Positions 16,030 to 23,825 of a DNA stretch of 32,000 nt are shown here, piece by piece. The translations under genes were made by a program, and so were the position numbers. The notes beneath the pieces were generated by a model. The model saw only the letters and a list, made by a program, of their open reading frames with translations. It was not told where the DNA came from and ran no database searches. Origin of the DNA: Candidatus Iainarchaeum sp. (GTDB taxonomy: Archaea > Iainarchaeota > Iainarchaeia > Iainarchaeales > JAZDEL01); the NCBI GenBank assembly GCA_043808785.1, contig JAZDEL010000002.1, positions 120,001-152,000 of the forward strand, given 5' to 3'. Numbering within the stretch: position 1 is the stretch's first letter; each line of letters starts with the position of its first letter.

Positions 16030-16332
16030 CTAAATCGCAACCCCCAAGAACTTCAGCATCAGCATAACCCCCACTCCCGCAAGCCCGAAAACCACGCTCA
16101 CGGCAAGGCTGATGAGGAAGTCCATCTTAACCCCGAGGATGTAATATGCGAAACCCCAGGCAACAAGCCCGAGCACGGAGTTAACTATTATCTTCCCTAT
16201 ATTCTTGATGAATATAAACACCAGCACAGCGGCAATCACAAGAACAAGCCCTATAAGCAGCCATGTGAGGTTGCCCTGCACTGCGCCGAGGGCGCTTTCC
16301 CCTGCGGAAACTACCGTATTCGCGTCAACCAT
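16030..16332 (-). CDS. small 3-TM membrane protein, BofA-like family
   Basis: ATG at 16332 (MVDANTVV...). The segment IKNIGKIIVNSVLGLVAWGFAYYILGV...VVFGLAGVGVMLMLKFLGV resembles the BofA pattern (..LGIPG..). The assignment is from memory of the family pattern only. Confidence 0.5.
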   Translation of the reverse strand: MVDANTVVSAGESALGAVQGNLTWLLIGLVLVIAAVLVFIFIKNIGKIIVNSVLGLVAWGFAYYILGVKMDFLISLAVSVVFGLAGVGVMLMLKFLGVAI

Positions 16333-16423
16333 AAAAACCACAACAAAAACACGCGCAAACGAACCGCGCGCAATAGTTTGTTGCCTGGTTGTTATTAAAT
16401 TGGTTTTGGCTTGAGGTAATTAT

Positions 16424-16564
16424 GTGAATTTTATGCCAATTGAGGATTTCGAGGCTGCGGAAAGGCTCGCGCAGAAAAGCCTGCTAACTAAGAAGGATGC
16501 AGAACGTCTCGCATCAAAGGTTAACCGCGCGGCGGGCAAGCACGCAAAGGCGTGCATGAAGTAG
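16424..16564 (+). CDS. possible 43-46 aa mini-protein (VNF)MPIEDFEAAERLAQKSLLTKKDAERLASKVNRAAGKHAKACMK
   Basis: An SD-like TGAGGTAAT lies 6 nt upstream of GTG 16424, and there is an in-frame ATG at 16433. It is below the ORF-track cutoff. The helical, charged sequence is reminiscent of C-terminal tails of archaeal antitoxin-like small proteins, but no partner gene is visible. Confidence 0.3.
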   Translation: MNFMPIEDFEAAERLAQKSLLTKKDAERLASKVNRAAGKHAKACMK

Positions 16565-16817
16565 CGCAGGATTTCGGGCTGTTTTAATAGTGTGCTTATG
16601 CAGGCACTGGCGCGGCTAACGCAGGTTAACCCTCACCCTTTTCCCCACATCCGCGCCGCCGGTATGTCTAACGACCCTGCAACGAACCACTCAACGCGCC
16701 TCAGCGTGTTCACTACTGCGCCCCCGCCAAAAAAACCAACCGCGAACCGCGGTTATTTGTTGCGTTTCCCTTTATTTAAAGGTTCTGTTTAAATGGTTTT
16801 CCGCCTCCAAACCCTTC

Positions 16818-17474
16818 ATGGCACCCGACTCAGCAACCACCGAGGTCCAGAAGCAGATTGCAGCGCTCCTTTTCAACGAACCAAAGACAATAGAGGAACT
16901 GCACAAGAAACTCGGCATTTCCGAGGGTGAAATTATGGGCCACCTCAAGGCAATGCTCAGGCTTGGGGTTGTGGAAAAGCAGGACGGCTTTCCCGTGAAA
17001 TACGGGCTTATAAGCCAGATTTCCGATTCCGTGAGGAAGCGCAAGGAAATAGGGGAAACCGACGCATATAAACTGCGCATAAAGGCTGTAATAGAGGTAC
17101 AGGCGCTTGAGGAAACCCTGCTTAAAAAGGCCCTTGGGGATATAGAGGCGGCACTGCGCAAAGAAAAGGACTTTACTGTTTACGATGTGCTGGTTGCGGA
17201 ACCTGTTGAAGACGGGGAGCATTTCTCCTCTTACATGGAGGTAAACCTCTCCCTGAGGAACTTCCGCGCGCTTGTGAAGTTCATGTATTTCTACGGCCCA
17301 AGCTCTGTGGAGGTTATAAAGCCCGCAAAGTTTGAAATCCTGCTGCATGACCTGCAGGACGGCCTCATGGACATGGCGGAGATGATTCAGTCATACAACC
17401 GCTATGTGCTTAACCTCATGTCCAAGAAAGAACTTGAGGAACTGAGCAGGAAGCTGTATGATAAGCGGCCCTGA
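16818..17474 (+). CDS. winged-helix (ArsR/MarR-like) DNA-binding protein with uncharacterised C-terminal domain
   Basis: The N-terminal stretch QKQIAALLFNEPKTIEELHKKLGISEGEIMGHLKAMLRLGVVEK fits a wHTH. TATA-like TTTATTTAAA (16771-16780) and GTTTAAATGG (16788-16797) lie just upstream of the ATG. I do not recognise the C-terminal 130 aa. Confidence 0.55.
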   Translation: MAPDSATTEVQKQIAALLFNEPKTIEELHKKLGISEGEIMGHLKAMLRLGVVEKQDGFPVKYGLISQISDSVRKRKEIGETDAYKLRIKAVIEVQALEETLLKKALGDIEAALRKEKDFTVYDVLVAEPVEDGEHFSSYMEVNLSLRNFRALVKFMYFYGPSSVEVIKPAKFEILLHDLQDGLMDMAEMIQSYNRYVLNLMSKKELEELSRKLYDKRP

Positions 17475-17658
17475 TTTGTAAGTGGCAGTGATTCCAAAAA
17501 ACCAGGCAAAAAGTTCGTCATGCGCCAAAGAAAACAGCATGGACTTCAGCAAGCCGCCAAAATTATTGGTACGTTCATCAACGTATGGGGCATCAACAAA
17601 AGCAGTAATTTTGCCTTGATTTGGCAAATAAGCCCTTTAAATTGCCTTTCCGAAACCG

Positions 17659-17678
17659 AAAGGTATTTAAATACCTTT
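17659..17678. promoter_or_regulatory. perfect 20-bp palindrome centred on a TATA-like box (AAAGGTATTT|AAATACCTTT), putative S-layer promoter/operator
   Basis: Read directly. It lies about 130 nt upstream of the S-layer ATG in an AT-rich spacer, and a related CCTTTAAATTG lies about 25 nt upstream of it. Confidence 0.45.
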
Positions 17679-17806
17679 AGGGATAAGGATTAGAGCCTAG
17701 CTAGGTAATGTCTTCACGCATTACTCACGCACTTATAGACGTGTGTCGATGTAGGGAAGGCATGTTAGGCTATTTTTTCAATAAGATTCGTGAGGTGAAA
17801 CAAAAC

Positions 17807-20794
17807 ATGAAAGGACTAAGCATAAAAAGACTTGCTGCGGTTGCTACAGGTGCGGCAATGGTCGGGGCAGCGCTGGCGCCATTGGCGGCGGCGATGGACC
17901 TGACTAAGTCCGACATCTACGGCGCAGACGGCTCACCAAAGGTGAATATTGTGGTGGGAAGCGGCGCAATGATAAGCGACGCTGTCTGGGCAGGCAACAT
18001 AGCGGCTAAGATCGCCGAAAAGGCGGTAACAGACGGGACAGTATCTGTCTCGGGCGAAGCAGGGGACTCCTCGACAGCTACCGTGGATAACCTGAAGGTC
18101 GAACTCTCAATCGGGGGAAGCAAAACCTACGAGGGCGCAAAGACCTACAAGAGCGGAGAGACCACAAACACAAACGACACAAACTCCTATTCGGGTGCAA
18201 CCGAATTCCCAAAGGTGATTCTCTCGCACTCACACCTGCCTAATCTCTACTACAGTTCAAAGACAATCAAGTGGGCAGGGTCCTCATACACAAGGACAAT
18301 GCAGGAGTACATCAACGTAACGGGCGACGTCAGGTTCAACTACGATAACGACGGAGGCACGTCCGACCTTGAGATGCAGTTGGCTGGCGAAGGGGACTTC
18401 AACTACACAATCTCGCTCGGCACGGGAATTCCGGTGTACGAATCAGCCACCACTACAAAGTTCACCGACGGCACGAACGACAACATAAGGATACCGTTCT
18501 TCGGTGAGGAATACCTTGTCAGGGAAGTCGACACAAGCGGGACAAACTACTACGTCAAACTGATAAAAGAGGAAAAGATCACTACCTACAACGAGGGCGA
18601 AGTAATTACGGGGCTGAAAGGCAAAGGCGAATACGCAGGCCAGGAAGTCAGCGTAAAGCTCGTTGAGATAGTGCAGACAGGTCCTGCAACCGCGGCATAC
18701 CAGGCAACCTTCGAGTTGTACGACGCGGAAGGGAACAAGATAGACCGCAGGACGGCAAGTTCAAGCGAGTCACTGGAAACACTGTTCGTAGACCCTAACG
18801 GAGACTACGCGCTCGACACAATCGTGTACATCGAGGCGCTGAACATAGGGTCCACAACCGCAAAAGGCACGGCACAGGTCACGCTGGGCACAAATATGGT
18901 CGAGCTCTACGACACAAAGGGCTACCCATACAGCAGCACAGACACCTCCAACATCTACGACTACAAGGTGGATATAGACCTTGGCAGCGCCTCGGGCGGG
19001 ACCGACAAGAACTTTGTCAGGACAATAAGCATCATAAACTCGAAGCAGAAGTGGAGCAACTCCGCCAGCACAAACGGGCCTCTCTACGCGCCTTCGGCAC
19101 AGGCACTAACCGAGACCGGGAAGGCGGGCAAGCACGAGGTTTCGTTCCTTGAGGGCTCGGGAGAGCAGGGCGAAGGCTACGCAAAAGTGGAATTCGCAGG
19201 ATTCGAGGACGACGAAGCCCTGACAACAATCGCCCTGAAGGACAACCTGATAACATTCACGGGCACAAGCGACGAGAAGCACGATATACCGCTCTACCTG
19301 CAGCTGGATAAGTCCACGAGCAGCTCGAACTTCAGTTTCGACGGCAAGACAATCTACTACGCGACGGACACAAACCAGGCGAACGGCAAGTGGGTAAAAC
19401 TCAGCGGCAGTTCGACAGCCACACTGAACGGCGTTAACTGGCTTGTGGACACCAACCACATCGAAACGCAGGGCAACGACTCCAACGCGACAATCAACGG
19501 CAAAGACATGAACATAGGCGGCAGCTACGACTTTAACGGTCTTGTGCTGACGCTGAAGGATGTCAACGTTGGCGGAGACAACAATGTTGCATGGGTAACC
19601 GCGGACATGAACTTCACAATGGCGACAACCTCGGTCACAACCAGCAGCAGCGCCGCAGACGTAACATACCTCGAACCGTTCAGCTCTGCGACAAACAAGA
19701 CAATGTACCTGAGCGACGGAAACAACAGCTACGGCACATACACCGCAAAAAACTGGGTAGGCGGAACCGTCTGGATGGGGAGCCAAATATCACTGAAGGG
19801 CAACAACGACGTGGTATTCAAATACACACCCTATTCGGACAGCTCAACAGACTCCGGCTACATCTGGCTGCTGTTGTCCTCAGCGACGGACTTCACGCCG
19901 CAGTACAACAAGGACATAAACTTCCTTGGAACGGATGTCAACGAAGGAGTTAACGCGTTGGAAGGGTACGCAAGAGGGTTGCCGAATCTGCCCTTCTATT
20001 GGAGGGACGACACCAAGTTCGGCGGAGGCGCTGACCAGGAATACTACGTTGCGTGGGTCGGGGTCGACACAAACGAGGACTCAGGAACCGCAGTGCGCGG
20101 CTACGACATCATAGCGTACTACGACACCTACGACAACAAGCTGCTCTCGCTGCCGAACACGCAGTTGAGCACCTACACGGCTGATGTGAACTTCCACGGC
20201 AGGGAAGGGAGCAACACCGTCAGGTTCCTCATGGACGAGCGCAGCGACACGCCTGGGCAGCCTGACAAAGCCTACGACGACTTCGGAACCAAGTATGTGC
20301 TCTCGGGCAGGGAACTCACAATATCCATACCTGAGAACATAACAAGGTCCGTAATGGTCGTAAAGGGCGAGTCGGTTGTCGAGTCCTTCACAGGCGGAGA
20401 AGAGCTGACTCTCGCGAAGGGCGAGACAGGCACCACCGACAGCGGAACCAAGATAACCGTTTCGGACGTCACCTATGACGCCAAGTGCGGAGCAGGGAGC
20501 GCGGGCACATGCGTTGCTACCCCGTCAACCTACAAGACTTCGGCAGGCGTGGGCGTACCAATAGTGTACCTCGACAGGGACGCACCGTTCGGAACAAACG
20601 TAATCGTAGGCGGGCCGATAGTTAACCAGCTTGCCGCATCGGTTACGGGCTTGGCAGACGAGCTGACCTCACCGGGCCAGTACGTCGCTAAGGTGGACAG
20701 CGCCACAGGCAATGTCGTTGTCGCGGGTTACCTCGCTGCGGACACAGGAAAGGCCGCACAGGAACTCATCGACGCGATAGACGCCCTCAGTTAA
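17807..20794 (+). CDS. S-layer protein (Methanococcales/Thermococcales-type S_layer_N + S_layer_C family)
   Basis: ATG at 17807, 8 nt after a strong SD (TGAGGTGA). Signal peptide is MKGLSIKRLAAVATGAAMVGAALAPLAAA. The N-terminal VNIVVGSGAMISDAVWAGNIAAKIA and the C-terminal NVIVGGPIVNQLAASV...VVAGYLAADTGKAAQELI match the archaeal S-layer family. The protein is T/S/N/D-rich with many N-x-S/T sequons and is 995 aa. The 33 upstream codons in the ORF track are leader sequence. Confidence 0.85.
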   Translation: MKGLSIKRLAAVATGAAMVGAALAPLAAAMDLTKSDIYGADGSPKVNIVVGSGAMISDAVWAGNIAAKIAEKAVTDGTVSVSGEAGDSSTATVDNLKVELSIGGSKTYEGAKTYKSGETTNTNDTNSYSGATEFPKVILSHSHLPNLYYSSKTIKWAGSSYTRTMQEYINVTGDVRFNYDNDGGTSDLEMQLAGEGDFNYTISLGTGIPVYESATTTKFTDGTNDNIRIPFFGEEYLVREVDTSGTNYYVKLIKEEKITTYNEGEVITGLKGKGEYAGQEVSVKLVEIVQTGPATAAYQATFELYDAEGNKIDRRTASSSESLETLFVDPNGDYALDTIVYIEALNIGSTTAKGTAQVTLGTNMVELYDTKGYPYSSTDTSNIYDYKVDIDLGSASGGTDKNFVRTISIINSKQKWSNSASTNGPLYAPSAQALTETGKAGKHEVSFLEGSGEQGEGYAKVEFAGFEDDEALTTIALKDNLITFTGTSDEKHDIPLYLQLDKSTSSSNFSFDGKTIYYATDTNQANGKWVKLSGSSTATLNGVNWLVDTNHIETQGNDSNATINGKDMNIGGSYDFNGLVLTLKDVNVGGDNNVAWVTADMNFTMATTSVTTSSSAADVTYLEPFSSATNKTMYLSDGNNSYGTYTAKNWVGGTVWMGSQISLKGNNDVVFKYTPYSDSSTDSGYIWLLLSSATDFTPQYNKDINFLGTDVNEGVNALEGYARGLPNLPFYWRDDTKFGGGADQEYYVAWVGVDTNEDSGTAVRGYDIIAYYDTYDNKLLSLPNTQLSTYTADVNFHGREGSNTVRFLMDERSDTPGQPDKAYDDFGTKYVLSGRELTISIPENITRSVMVVKGESVVESFTGGEELTLAKGETGTTDSGTKITVSDVTYDAKCGAGSAGTCVATPSTYKTSAGVGVPIVYLDRDAPFGTNVIVGGPIVNQLAASVTGLADELTSPGQYVAKVDSATGNVVVAGYLAADTGKAAQELIDAIDALS

Positions 20795-20800
20795 AATCGC

Positions 20801-20849
20801 GAAATTAGGCCGAAAGGCCTAATTTCTTTCTTTTTCTTTTTATTTTTTC
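20801..20849 (+). terminator. S-layer gene terminator 1: 11-bp stem / GAAA tetraloop hairpin plus long T-tract
   Basis: GAAATTAGGCC-GAAA-GGCCTAATTTC (20801-20826) is followed by a T-rich run (TTTCTTTCTTTTTCTTTTTATTTTTT). Confidence 0.75.
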
Positions 20850-20852
20850 ATT

Positions 20853-20897
20853 CCGCAGCCGAAAGGCTGCGGGCAGCATTTTCTTTTTATTTTTTTT
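20853..20897 (+). terminator. S-layer gene terminator 2: 8-bp stem / GAAA tetraloop hairpin plus T-tract
   Basis: CCGCAGCC-GAAA-GGCTGCGG (20853-20872) is followed by GCAGCATTTTCTTTTTATTTTTTTT. Confidence 0.7.
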
Positions 20898-21094
20898 GAA
20901 CCCTGCCGCAAGGCCGCCTGCCATGGCTGCCATGCAGCGCCCCCGCGGCAATGCCCCGCATTTCCCCTGCGGGAGAACCTGCGGCCGAAAGGCTTTTGCC
21001 GCCGCGAACCCGTTAAACTGCATCCCGAAACCGTGCAAGGCGAAGGGCTTATTTTTTGCTCTCATTTTTATTTGTTTTGCTGCATTTTCTTGGC

Positions 21095-21709
21095 ATGGAC
21101 AGGCGCATGCTTATCGCAACCGCAGCAGTTATCGTGCTGATTGCGGCATCGCTCGCGGTAATTTACTCCGACCTTACTGGTTCGCACTATGATTATTCGG
21201 TAACCTCCGAAGGCGTGGAGTTCCTCTCCAACGGCATGCCGCCCGCGGATTACATCTCATCCTTTTCCGAAGGGGATTATTTCATAGTTTCCCCCGAATT
21301 TAAGGGGGAGCGCGCAGGCCAGCAGATGGTGGATGCGCTCACGCTTTTCAGCACTGTGTTGAGGGCAAACCGGAAGAATGTTGCGATTGTTGCAAGGGTC
21401 GTGGACTCGGCAGGCAATCTGACAAAGTGCCAGACAAACCGCGGAGACCTTAAAACAAGCGAGGAAATAACAAGTGAAGAATGTGCGGGCATGCTCTCCG
21501 ATGCAGGCTATGTGGTGATTTACATAGGCGTGCCCGATGCCTCGCTCCCGAACACAAGGGCAGTGTTTTCCGAAGGGAAGATTGAGATATTCCCCAAGGA
21601 GGGTTCGGATGCCCCGCACGCTTCCCTTGCGGTGCTGAAGTCGATGTTCGGCAATGCCGAAGAGGTTATTTCAAAATCCAATGACCTGTTTGGCAGGCTT
21701 ACCGGTTAG
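21095..21709 (+). CDS. hypothetical N-terminally membrane-anchored (likely extracellular) protein
   Basis: ATG at 21095 (MDRRMLIATAAVIVLIAASLAVIY...), about 25 nt after a CATTTTTATTTG box. It has a single N-terminal TM helix or signal anchor followed by a roughly 175-aa soluble domain. I recognise no family. Confidence 0.55.
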   Translation: MDRRMLIATAAVIVLIAASLAVIYSDLTGSHYDYSVTSEGVEFLSNGMPPADYISSFSEGDYFIVSPEFKGERAGQQMVDALTLFSTVLRANRKNVAIVARVVDSAGNLTKCQTNRGDLKTSEEITSEECAGMLSDAGYVVIYIGVPDASLPNTRAVFSEGKIEIFPKEGSDAPHASLAVLKSMFGNAEEVISKSNDLFGRLTG

Positions 21710-21763
21710 GGGCTTGCATATGCGCGGACAAGTCGCGGCTTTTTCTGCAGGTAAAGGGGGCGC

Positions 21764-22756
21764 TTGCTATTGAACCCATACCTTAAAAAATCGCTTTTCT
21801 CCCTTTTCCTGGTTTTTGCCCTTTTGGCCGCACTCCTGGGGCTGACAAAGGCATATTCCGCCCTTGCTGAAATTAACCTTTATTTCTTAATCTTAGCCTG
21901 CATTTTTTTCATAATCTCGGTGCTTATATGGCTCATTTCATGGGCATACCTGATAAAAAAACACGCGAAAATACCCTACAAAAACCTGGTTCTTGCGGGT
22001 TTTGCCTCTTTTTACGGCTCGATAACCCCTGTCCAGCTTGGGGCGGATGCCCTGCGCTCAATAATGCTCAAGGATTCTTTTGGGGTGCGGTATTCCCAGT
22101 CTATTTCGGCGTCCATGGTTGTAAAGGGCGCGAAGTTCCTAATACTTGCGGTTGCCGGCGTGCTCGTGCTTCTGCCGTTTATTTTCATGCCCGCGGAAGG
22201 CATATTCTCCGCGGCATTGCTGAGCGGCTTTCTTGTTGTGCTGCTTGCATCCTTCATTTTCCTCGCCCCCCTGAGCAGGCAATTGGGGGGAAAGGTTGCT
22301 GAAATTTTCCGCAGGCTTGCCCGCGTGCTTCCCTTCCTTAAGGCGCTCGCGGATTTCTTCGACGGCTATTCCTCGTACCTGCAGAAGAAGGGCAAGAGGG
22401 ACCTTGCTGTTGTGCTTGCCCTTTCCTTCCTCTCCTGGGTTTTTGAGTTCCTTGCGCTCTGGTTCAGTTTCCTCTCGCTGGGCGTTAACCTTGAGCCGCA
22501 CTCGCTGCTGATTTTCATGGCGCTTGTTGCCGTGCTCGAGCGCACGCCCTTCCTGCCCCGCGGCATAGGCGTTGTCGAGTTCGTTGGATACCAGTTCCTC
22601 GCTTTCCCCGAACTTGCCGCCGGCTCCCCCATGTCCGTGGCGCAGATTGGCGCGGTGCTTATAGTTTACGATGTTGTGAGGCTCATAGTGCCCACGCTGC
22701 TTAGTATATGTGTAAACATTTTATTGCCGAAAAAACCGTTAAATAAGCGTTCCTGA
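21764..22756 (+). CDS. flippase-like / lysylphosphatidylglycerol-synthase-TM-region family (UPF0104) membrane protein
   Basis: Polytopic membrane protein of about 8 TM helices whose pattern (ITPVQLGADALRSIML..., ...ERTPFLPRGIGVVEF) resembles the LPG_synthase_TM family. It uses a TTG start preceded by AAAGGGGG. The exact start is uncertain. Confidence 0.5.
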   Translation: MLLNPYLKKSLFSLFLVFALLAALLGLTKAYSALAEINLYFLILACIFFIISVLIWLISWAYLIKKHAKIPYKNLVLAGFASFYGSITPVQLGADALRSIMLKDSFGVRYSQSISASMVVKGAKFLILAVAGVLVLLPFIFMPAEGIFSAALLSGFLVVLLASFIFLAPLSRQLGGKVAEIFRRLARVLPFLKALADFFDGYSSYLQKKGKRDLAVVLALSFLSWVFEFLALWFSFLSLGVNLEPHSLLIFMALVAVLERTPFLPRGIGVVEFVGYQFLAFPELAAGSPMSVAQIGAVLIVYDVVRLIVPTLLSICVNILLPKKPLNKRS

Positions 22757-22779
22757 AATCAGCGGCACCGCCGTGCAGT

Positions 22780-23745
22780 TCAGCCAAGTACGCCAGCGAA
22801 AAACAAAACCGCCGTGCAGTTTAGCGCCACAACGCACCAGATTATCGCCACAATCTGCCGCTCTTTCATGGGCCCGAAGATGCGCATAAGCATCTTTGCA
22901 AAATCATACCTCGCCTTTCCGTCGGCGTACCGCGGAATCTCAAGCCTGCCGTCGCCCCTGACTTTGTAGGGCGCAGCCTTTGCCTGTGTAAGGTCCCCGC
23001 GCGCAGTGGGCAGCTTAAGCAGGAAAAAATCAACCATGTGCGGAATGAAAAAAAGGGTGCACACGGACATCAGCATTATATTTCCCGTGAGCACGAAAAG
23101 CCCGGCAATTGCCGAGCCTATCAGCATTGTCCCGCTGTCGCCGGGGAAAACCTTTGCAGGGTACAGGTTGAGCAGGAGCAGGCCGAAAACCGCGCCGGCA
23201 AGGATAACCGCCGCGCCGAAGTAGGGCGTGCCCCAAAGCAGTGCCGCGGATGCCACGGAAATTATAAACCCGCTCCCTACTTCCCAGCCGTTGAGCCCGG
23301 CAAAAGTGTTCTGGAAAGATGCAAGCCCCGCAATGAAAAGCGCGACAGGAATTACCCAGAAAGCAGGGGCAGGGGCGTAAACATACGCGAACATGGTTGA
23401 AATAAGCGCAATCGGCAGGGCCCTTACCTTCCACGGCATTTCCTTTTTCACGAACTTTGTTTTCATGTCGTCCGCAAACCCTATCACCGCAAACACGCTG
23501 AGCAGAAGGCCCCACATCACAACCTCGCCGTTGAACCCCGCCATCATGCCTGTTGCAAAAATCCCCGCCCATATCGGCACAAGCAGGGCAATTCCCGCGG
23601 ATTCCGCAATCCTCGGCTTGCCGCGCTTGTTTATGTCTATTCCTATTACTATTTTCCTCTTCTCATTTTCCCGCCTGTAAATGTCAACCGCGACGAAAGA
23701 TGCCGCAACGGCAGATGCGAAAACCAAAAGATAGTAAAGTTCCAT
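22780..23745 (-). CDS. aglH: glycosyltransferase family 4, UDP-GlcNAc:dolichyl-phosphate GlcNAc-1-P transferase-like (AglH/Alg7-type)
   Basis: ATG at 23745 (MELYYLLVF...). It is a polytopic membrane protein with GFADD, FAGLNGWEVG and VFPGDSG motifs, typical of the MraY/WecA/Alg7 superfamily. Confidence 0.7.
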   Translation of the reverse strand: MELYYLLVFASAVAASFVAVDIYRRENEKRKIVIGIDINKRGKPRIAESAGIALLVPIWAGIFATGMMAGFNGEVVMWGLLLSVFAVIGFADDMKTKFVKKEMPWKVRALPIALISTMFAYVYAPAPAFWVIPVALFIAGLASFQNTFAGLNGWEVGSGFIISVASAALLWGTPYFGAAVILAGAVFGLLLLNLYPAKVFPGDSGTMLIGSAIAGLFVLTGNIMLMSVCTLFFIPHMVDFFLLKLPTARGDLTQAKAAPYKVRGDGRLEIPRYADGKARYDFAKMLMRIFGPMKERQIVAIIWCVVALNCTAVLFFAGVLG

Positions 23746-23825
23746 ATGCCAAAACACCGCACTTATTTGTTGCGCGAGGGTTTTTTAAGGGTGGTTTTTA
23801 TGCCTTCACCAATTTCCCAAAACCA

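Noticed and set aside
16565-16770. A possible tRNA or other canonical RNA gene in the unannotated spacer. A GGTTCG-like string appears on the minus strand.
   Set aside because: I could not build a cloverleaf on either strand. There is no matching acceptor or anticodon stem and no proper T-loop. I kept it only as a low-interest possible ncRNA or UTR.
17391-17690. Small ORFs in the AT-rich spacer upstream of the S-layer gene: minus-strand 17391-17627 (78 aa) and a + strand 56-aa ORF from ATG 17519 (MRQRKQHGLQQAAKIIG..., stop at 17687-17689).
   Set aside because: The minus ORF overlaps the 3' end of the wHTH gene and has no start signal. The + ORF has no SD or TATA at a sensible distance and runs through the palindromic promoter element. 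Neither can be excluded as a decayed gene remnant.
20896-21192. ORF-track candidates in the S-layer downstream spacer: 20896-21192 (+, 98 aa), 20805-21065 (-, 86 aa), and the upstream part of 21056-21709.
   Set aside because: They run through terminator hairpins and T-tracts, give A/R/P/G-rich low-complexity translations, and lack plausible starts. The real gene most likely begins at ATG 21095 with a clean signal-anchor.
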